Part shown: piece by piece, positions 58,701 to 64,000 of the stretch
Layout: each line of letters starts with the position of its first letter
Numbering within the stretch: the stretch's first letter is position 1
Assembly: GCA_027492205.1 (NCBI GenBank)
Contig: JAOZFN010000007.1
Span: forward strand, 251,278 to 315,277
Reading direction: 5' to 3'
From: Thermoproteota archaeon
Lineage (GTDB): Archaea > Korarchaeota > Korarchaeia > Korarchaeales > Korarchaeaceae
Length of the DNA stretch: 64,000 nucleotides
The notes under the pieces: generated by a model
What the model was told of the DNA's origin: nothing
The model's database searches: none
The model's input: only the letters and a program-made list of their open reading frames with translations
Program-made: the position numbers and the translations under genes

Positions 58701-59034
58701 TGAACTCAGCCTCCCTCCCCTCAGCCAGGATGATGATGTAGCTCCTGACCTGCGCCGCGGCGCCGGTGAAGCCTGAGCTGCTCGAGAGCGTGCCAGGCCG
58801 CTTGTACTCAATGACGACCTTCCCGTACAATGCGTCGGGCCTGACGCCCTCTGCGAGCGTCCTCTCGTGGGCGGGCTCCCAATGCAGCTCCAGCGCCTCG
58901 AAGACCTCCTTTAAGACGGCCTCGACTCGCGTCCTGAGCTCGGCCTCGTTGCGCGACTCGTCCGCGGCCCTGAGTATGGAGGCGGCCACCTGATCTAGGT
59001 CTATGGGTTTAGCTGGCAAGGCCCTCGGGGGCAT
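55789..59034 (-). CDS. Type IIG fused restriction endonuclease / N6-adenine methyltransferase
   Basis: PDAL..VIEYK nuclease, GEFYTP, LDPACGSGTF, VVGNPPW, C-terminal TRD. Confidence 0.92.
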   Translation of the reverse strand: MPPRALPAKPIDLDQVAASILRAADESRNEAELRTRVEAVLKEVFEALELHWEPAHERTLAEGVRPDALYGKVVIEYKRPGTLSSSSGFTGAAAQVRSYIIILAEGREAEFSRYFGVVLDGRQIGFVRYRSRDKQWLSDGPYSVSARALSKLVEALRGLRRKPLDAQFLISDFGPRSDVARHAIRVLYQRLSNPQSPRTEVLFEDWRRVFSQVCAYSRRKIEGLQRQYEMRDADPERLLFAIHTYYALLMKLIAAEVAALYGDSLIQSYWRRLESAYYSSAEGLRDELARLEDGGVFRQLGILNFLEADYFSWYLNEWDGELARALARVVQRLSDYEVGTAELEPERVRDLFKELYQNLVPRRIRHDLGEFYTPDWLAELVLNEVGYDGDPSKRLLDPACGSGTFLVLALKRVRERAEEEFLDPAEVLEKVTENIVGFDLNPLAVIAARANYLLTLGPLIRERREPVVIPVYLCDSILVEQRTRLLESSYVLRTVVGEFEVPTGVVERGELANVLRVMEHCVRNRYPEEQFRQLLAREVECTSEEVDALAALFNRLRELEEEGKDRIWLRILANSFAPLFVGRFDYVVGNPPWINWESLPEDYREVTRDLWAKFGLFEGGGRGIGRINRDIAMLFVTTSVERYMNENGRLSMLIPFTVFKTKAGSSFRRFLATKCELIVIHDLVEMRPFEGATNRTSLIVLKKGVSHFPVRCIVWSKSGEGYDPNAADIEEVASLSNRVEMILEPIQKDNTSYDAAAPWILTSKMASMGIYKLLGKSSYKAYVGVHPGLNGVYWVQLLSSQPEGILVRNMSEISKKKLKSVEAVVEPDLVYPLVRGRDLKRWIAYPSTYMILPLTKDGRVVPSVEMRTKYPLTYSYFIEFFDELVRRNTEPYRSKLRPYRDRRLENIEGIPPFYWIFNAEPAISTFKVAWREVSGRISGKGLFQAAVIGPIEHPLLGRKPVLPDHKLTYIPFNNELEAHYVSAVLNSAPVRAIVAGYTIETAISTHILEHVRVPKFDTENPLHLNLAELSKKAHNLAAEGDIEALREVEDEIDELVAQLYDLTSEELEALEETLRIFEGTA

Positions 59035-59296
59035 TGTATCGCGCTCGGTACTTTAAATGCCTAGTTAAGGCTGTAGGAACATGGGAAAGATTTCCTATTC
59101 ACTGGCCGCAAGTCTCATGGGTAGAATTTCTTCCTGCACCTAAGCCACCTAGCTCGTCAGCTCTATTGGGCCAGCAAACGTTGTGGGCAGCAGATTCGGA
59201 CAAACAGGTATTCTGATACCCCGAACTGTTGAAAAGAGAAAATATAACTGTTCTAGGGCAACTTTTATAAGGAATATAGCTGGAAACAAGAGTGTT

Positions 59297-60292
59297 ATGC
59301 AGGGGAACCCTTGGGCTAATCCAGGGATGGCCGTTAAAAAAGTACTCCTAAATACGGGTCTCTACCGGAAGGTCGAGGAGGAGTTCTTCGACCTGTTTGA
59401 CCTGAAGACCAGCGGCGCCGAAGCAGTGCTGCTGGCCGCATATGGAAGTCACAGGTCGTTCTACCTTGTCGATGAAGACAGGGTGGCCATACCTCCCCGG
59501 GAAGAGGACCTGGTGGTTTGTCCTCCGGTGCCGCTTAGAGAACTGAGCCCAAGAGACGTTGTAAAAAGCCCAATGCCGACGGCTTGGCCCACTCACGATT
59601 GGGAACTCCTGAGAAGACTCCTAACCGGCGAGAAGTACGTTTTGCTGCGAGATGTCCGAGATGTCAGGAGTCTCCTAGAAAGAGTCAAGTCCGCAGGGAT
59701 TGAACCTACTGACGTGCTCGTGGCTCCGGTTCTTTCAGATTTCAGGCCGGACTGGGAACCCGGCTTTCTAGTGTACCTTGCCGGATTGGCCTTGAGGTCC
59801 CGGGGTTACCTAGTGGCAGGGGAGGGTCCCGGTCCGCTGAGGTTCTTCGGTCCCGACCTGTGCGCCTTCAGAACCAGTCAATTCTGCGAGGGAGCCTTTC
59901 TACTGGAGCTTCTCCTAGGAAAGAAGTTGAAGAAAGGTTATTCAGAAGAGAGCGCTTGCGTTATAGAGGTGGAAGCTCAAAGGAGAATTTTAGACAGTAA
60001 GCACGGCGTGGCCCAGGCCCTGAAGTACGTTAACTGGAGTGAAGGCCGTCTGGGCAAGGCTTTTGTCGCTGGCGCATTTCTCGAGGCTTATCAAATAGAA
60101 GAGGCAGTAAGGCGAGGATGCGGCGTTATATCTCTATCACCAGATGGCGATATTGTGTTTATAGATGCCAGAGATCTCTCCATCCAAGAACTCCAGCACG
60201 AATTTCTACAGTACGTGAGTGATGTAATCTCTCAGCTTGAATTACGCGCTGAGAGGTGTCCATTCTTACCTCGAAGGGAAGAGGTATCCTAG
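59297..60292 (+). CDS. Hypothetical protein with a C-terminal PD-(D/E)XK-like nuclease domain
   Basis: LRSRGYLV, GPDL, VIEVE, GVAQALKY; TTTTATAA about 27 nt upstream of the ATG. Confidence 0.6.
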   Translation: MQGNPWANPGMAVKKVLLNTGLYRKVEEEFFDLFDLKTSGAEAVLLAAYGSHRSFYLVDEDRVAIPPREEDLVVCPPVPLRELSPRDVVKSPMPTAWPTHDWELLRRLLTGEKYVLLRDVRDVRSLLERVKSAGIEPTDVLVAPVLSDFRPDWEPGFLVYLAGLALRSRGYLVAGEGPGPLRFFGPDLCAFRTSQFCEGAFLLELLLGKKLKKGYSEESACVIEVEAQRRILDSKHGVAQALKYVNWSEGRLGKAFVAGAFLEAYQIEEAVRRGCGVISLSPDGDIVFIDARDLSIQELQHEFLQYVSDVISQLELRAERCPFLPRREEVS

Positions 60293-60293
60293 A

Positions 60294-61332
60294 TCAGACA
60301 TCTACAAGTTGACGGTAGTCTCTAATTCCGGCGGCCCTATCCAAGGCAACTCCTACTATCCTCTTTACCTCTCTGAGGTTTCTCTCCAGCTGATCGAAAG
60401 CGCTCATCCAAGGATTCCCGGTCTTGCGTTCCTTGGTAAAGTAGAGGAGCGTGTACCCTTCACTTCCCGAGTACACCTCTAACTTCTTCACCCTCATTGA
60501 GCTTTCTCTCAAAGCCCTCACGTACGCATCGACGACCTTGTGGTAGGGGACTTCACCTAGCCTGAGGCGCTCCCTCCATAGAGCCTCATAGGCGGGCCCT
60601 AAGAACTTGGCACACTTGCTGGCCGGATCGGGTGGTCCTTTGAATTCTCTCCCTAGTGCCCTAGCTAGACCCACATGATTCAGCAGTACCATGACATCGG
60701 CTCCTCTGTCTACCAAGTCCATTAGGGTCTCATAGTAAACATTCGCTCCTTCGTTATCTGCGAACACTAATGCGTGCTCTCCTCTCTCCGGAGCGACTTC
60801 CTGCCAACCTTCGTTACAATCACCGTGACGAATATCCACGCGAGGTATCGCTTGCTCGCCATTAGTCTCGGAGCCTATGGGCGTCACAAGATCATTCTCA
60901 AACATCCACTGAACCCTGGCCCTCAGGGCGTCTGCTCTGGCCTCTTTGATCTCAAATCCAACTACCTCATCAAAGGGTCCGTTTAGCTTCCCGCTGAGAA
61001 TCAACGGGGTTGACCCTACTAGAAATTAGGGGCTCCCCGCTGGCCTCGAGTTTGTACAGCCTACAACCAGCTAGAAGATCAATGAACTTTATTTTCCTCG
61101 GCCAGATCGTTCTCCTTTGCTCTACACGTTTTCTCTGCTGGGACCTCATCACCCGTACATAGACATCGGCCATCCATGCCAGCGCGACGAGTTTTACGGC
61201 AGTTTTAGGCGAAGTTACCTCGTAGAACTCTTCTGAAACGCGGGATAGTTCTTTCCCTAACGTGATTATGTTCTCAAACTTAGAGGAAAGCCAGTCTAGG
61301 AGACTCGGATACCTGCTCCTTACTCTACGCAA
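60294..61332 (-). pseudogene. tcmP: TcmP-like (three-Cys-motif partner) SAM-dependent methyltransferase-fold gene, split by a +1 frameshift near 61026
   Basis: TAVKLVAL...VY, FIDLLAGC in frame A; FLVGSTP, GFEIK, GDCN, LVFADNEG, DVMVL in frame B. Confidence 0.7.
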
Positions 61333-62297
61333 TTGCACCTGACCCCGCTCCACTCGGGATACGTGCCAGGCTCGGGCAGGAGATCTGAGAGCCTGCGCCA
61401 CATCTCCGGCGTCTCCTTACACAGGGCAACGTCGCCTGAGTAGCCTAGCCTCCTCAGCTCCTCCAAAACGTACCTGTACATCTCCTCCCTCAGGTCAGGC
61501 TTGATCTTCAGTCCCCATCCGGTTTTCTCCCCGCCTCTCAGGTATTCGTGCCAGCTTCTATCCTTGGCAAACTTAACGGTCTTCCACAGTCCCCTGAGCG
61601 TCCCCAGAGTGATCCTGCTTGGCTCAAGCTCGTACCTGTGCAGCGCGTCTTCCACCAGCTTCGAGTACTCCCCCCTCCACCCAGGGACCGGTATCATGGG
61701 GTCGAGCCTCAGCCTGAGCTCGAAGCCCTCTCTCTGCACGAGCCTGGCGGCGGCCATCCTGTCCTCCGGGCCAGGGGTCCCCCTCTCGTAGAGCCTGGCT
61801 GGCTTTGAAGCGTTGACCGAGAAGCTGACTACTATAGCCTCCCTTGGGCCGCTCCACTCCAGTAGAGGCTGCACGTGCCTCACGCCGCCCTTGGTAACCA
61901 TAAGGAACCTGTGGCCTGGGTGGGTCTCTAGGAGATCTGAGATCACCTCTAGGAGCAGGTGAGTCCACTCAGGAATGGCCAGGCTGTCGCTCAGCTCCCC
62001 TGTATTCAGGAGCAGCCTCTCGCCCCTGGAGTCGGCCCAGGACAGGAGGTCCTCTAGCTCCGCCTTCAGCCCCTCTAGGTCCTTGAGCCTAGGGGTCTTG
62101 TTACCGAAGAACGTGCCCTGGAGATAGCAGTAGGAGCAGCCAAACGGGCAGCCGTTCGCCCACTTCAACTCCCAGAAGTGGGGGCAGACGATGTCGGAGG
62201 GCGTCTTGGCGAAGTAGACCACGTAGCGGGAGTTCTGCCACTTGAGTAGTGGCGACATAGGTTTTAGCTCGATGAAGTCCTCCTCCGTTCTCCTCAC
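61320..62297 (-). CDS. Spore-photoproduct-lyase-like radical SAM protein
   Basis: CPHFWEL, CPFGCSYC (CX3CX2C), NTGELSDSL, VTKG, RLRLDPMIP, ALCKET. Confidence 0.85.
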   Translation of the reverse strand: MRRTEEDFIELKPMSPLLKWQNSRYVVYFAKTPSDIVCPHFWELKWANGCPFGCSYCYLQGTFFGNKTPRLKDLEGLKAELEDLLSWADSRGERLLLNTGELSDSLAIPEWTHLLLEVISDLLETHPGHRFLMVTKGGVRHVQPLLEWSGPREAIVVSFSVNASKPARLYERGTPGPEDRMAAARLVQREGFELRLRLDPMIPVPGWRGEYSKLVEDALHRYELEPSRITLGTLRGLWKTVKFAKDRSWHEYLRGGEKTGWGLKIKPDLREEMYRYVLEELRRLGYSGDVALCKETPEMWRRLSDLLPEPGTYPEWSGVRCNCVE

Positions 62298-62332
62298 GGC
62301 CTCCTCTTCTGACTATAATGTGAGTGGATCGT

Positions 62333-64000
62333 TTAAGCGTTTGCAAGCCTAAGTAGGCAAAAGTATTCTCTGATCATCTCCAGCCGCTCTCTTGACTGAG
62401 GGGTCTCTATTAGGAAAGATTTGCCCGTCCCCCCAGAAGATAGGATAACGTCGCAGATCGTCTCTTCTATGAATCGCCTCCTATCAGAACTCTCGGAGAG
62501 TTCCTCCCAGGACTTCCTCTGCTCTTTAGAGAGGAGGAGTGACTTCCCGGTCTTAGACAGGGAGCCGAGACCCTCCCTTTCCAGAATCCTGAGCACCGCC
62601 ATGAACCTCCCCACCGGAACTTGGGGAGGTGTGAGTCCGCTAGAGGAGTACACGGCGTCGAGTCTCGAGATCAGTATCTTATAGAGGGTGGAAACGCGCT
62701 TGCTGCTCTTGTCTTTTACCTCTCTCCTGAGAGCCTCGAGGAAGCTGGAGACTGACGCTCGCAGCAGGACGCGACTTTTCTCTTCTTCCCCTCCCTCTGC
62801 GACTACCTCTTGGACGGCTTGGGGGGTCAGCAGGAAGGCCAGAACCTCTCTGAGATCCCTTTCAAATGCTCCATACTTATCCAGAAACTCTGACCTCCAC
62901 TCGCCCCTTAGGAGCAGGCTGAGCTTGAGCAGGAAGGGGTCCACCTCTATAATCCCAAGGGCATGGCCAGCCTTGGAGAACTCGGCCTCTAGTGCTGTCC
63001 GCTCATCTGGATACCATTCAGCAATGGAGAACAACAGAACTGGAACATTTCTAAGCATGTTCAAGAGCTGATCCCGGTCTCTCTGGGATCTCTGCCAGGA
63101 CCTCCCCGTCTTTATCTCCACAGCGATGCGTTGGACGAGTCTGTTGCCCTTCTCTCCGGCTTCCGGTTTGTAGGTCCAGACGAGGTATTGGGCATCGGTG
63201 ACGGCCCCTGGCAGCGACAGCCTGTCCCTCGAGAGAGTCGCCAAGTAGTCTAGCTTGGTCTCCCCGAGGCTCACAGTGACTGGAATAGCCCTGAGTTTCT
63301 TCCACATGAACTCCCTCCAGAGCTCTTCCACCTGCCTGCCGAGGTCAACGCTTGATCCCATCTCGGCTTCTGGATCAATATTATCCAGGATCTCCTGAAG
63401 CATTTCGGTGATGTACTTTATCACACCTCCTATCTCCCACATTAAAGCTCTGTCCTCGGCTTTCTTCCTCAGCAAGGGGTAGAGCACGCTGAAGTGTTTG
63501 TCCAGACTCACGCGATATGAATCCTTGTAGGCCCTGAAGAGGGCCATTACCTTGAGGGTTGCGTCCCGGGCGGCCTCAACTCTCTCGTCGTCAGGCATGC
63601 TCAGCCTGTACTCTCTAGACCTCGCAAGGAGTCTATTAGCAAGCGCCCGATCTTTCTCAAACTCGGCTCTGACTCGTTTTGACATCATTAGGATGGCTGA
63701 CCCTCTTGGCGGTCTATCCGACGAGCCCTCCGTTAGCCACCGAACTATATCTGCCAGATCCTCAAACCTCTTCCGGTCCCCCCTAGCCAAATCCCCAAGA
63801 AGCTGGTCCAATTCGTCCACTATCAGTACGACAGGCTTCTCTGCAGGTATAGAGACGATCTGTTGTAAAATCAATTCTCTTACGTCACACACCGGATCTA
63901 GGAAGACCCTCCTGACCTCGACTCCCCTCTTCTGAAGGAATTCCTTCAAGACAAAGCCCAGCTGAGACTTGCCGGATCCATACTCCCCGACAACCGAGAC
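62333..64000 (-). CDS. P-loop ATPase fused to a PD-(D/E)XK-like nuclease and a C-terminal wHTH (5' end outside the window)
   Basis: Frame open to 64000 with Walker A GEYGSGKS, Walker B VLIVDELD, later TDA...IAVEIKTG. Confidence 0.75.
   Translation of the reverse strand, partial: VSVVGEYGSGKSQLGFVLKEFLQKRGVEVRRVFLDPVCDVRELILQQIVSIPAEKPVVLIVDELDQLLGDLARGDRKRFEDLADIVRWLTEGSSDRPPRGSAILMMSKRVRAEFEKDRALANRLLARSREYRLSMPDDERVEAARDATLKVMALFRAYKDSYRVSLDKHFSVLYPLLRKKAEDRALMWEIGGVIKYITEMLQEILDNIDPEAEMGSSVDLGRQVEELWREFMWKKLRAIPVTVSLGETKLDYLATLSRDRLSLPGAVTDAQYLVWTYKPEAGEKGNRLVQRIAVEIKTGRSWQRSQRDRDQLLNMLRNVPVLLFSIAEWYPDERTALEAEFSKAGHALGIIEVDPFLLKLSLLLRGEWRSEFLDKYGAFERDLREVLAFLLTPQAVQEVVAEGGEEEKSRVLLRASVSSFLEALRREVKDKSSKRVSTLYKILISRLDAVYSSSGLTPPQVPVGRFMAVLRILEREGLGSLSKTGKSLLLSKEQRKSWEELSESSDRRRFIEETICDVILSSGGTGKSFLIETPQSRERLEMIREYFCLLRLANA

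Noticed and set aside
61320-62297. Bona fide spore photoproduct lyase (splB)
   Set aside because: The host is an archaeon, the motif reads NTGELSDS rather than the Cys-containing SPL motif, and the context is defence-related; called SPL-like only.

Overview
High-GC archaeal DNA, probably from a thermophilic TACK-like lineage (inferred from TATA-like promoters, a BHB-intron tRNA, archaeal-type hypA and TA families). The window has three zones. (1) 1-9 kb: housekeeping and transport genes, including two MFS transporters, a nitrilase, an AbrB-PhoU regulator, an ECF S-component / type II pantothenate kinase / NUDIX operon and an M20 peptidase. (2) 9-31 kb: a respiratory island with a Tat-exported formate dehydrogenase (alpha/beta/NrfD, fdhE, fdhD), a Tat-exported group 1 [NiFe]-hydrogenase with group 1g/1h-like cluster ligands (S/L/HybA-like/NrfD), the hyp maturation genes and an ECF nickel transporter. 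An identical GGTGTTAC-N14-GGTGTTAC motif precedes both the hydrogenase operon and the nickel transporter. (3) 33-64 kb: a plastic zone with many intact and decayed toxin-antitoxin modules, a NurA pseudogene, a free-standing LAGLIDADG gene and an intron-containing tRNA-Ala(GGC), followed by a defence island. That island holds a Panacea-X-PIN operon, a type IIG R-M gene with a DUF365/ASCH-like gene, a PD-(D/E)XK-like nuclease, and an operon of P-loop ATPase-nuclease, SPL-like radical SAM enzyme and TcmP-like methyltransferase. This last operon is the best candidate for an undescribed DNA-modification-based system; it is cut by the window edge and its TcmP-like gene is frameshifted. All family calls come from motif recognition by eye; no searches were run.
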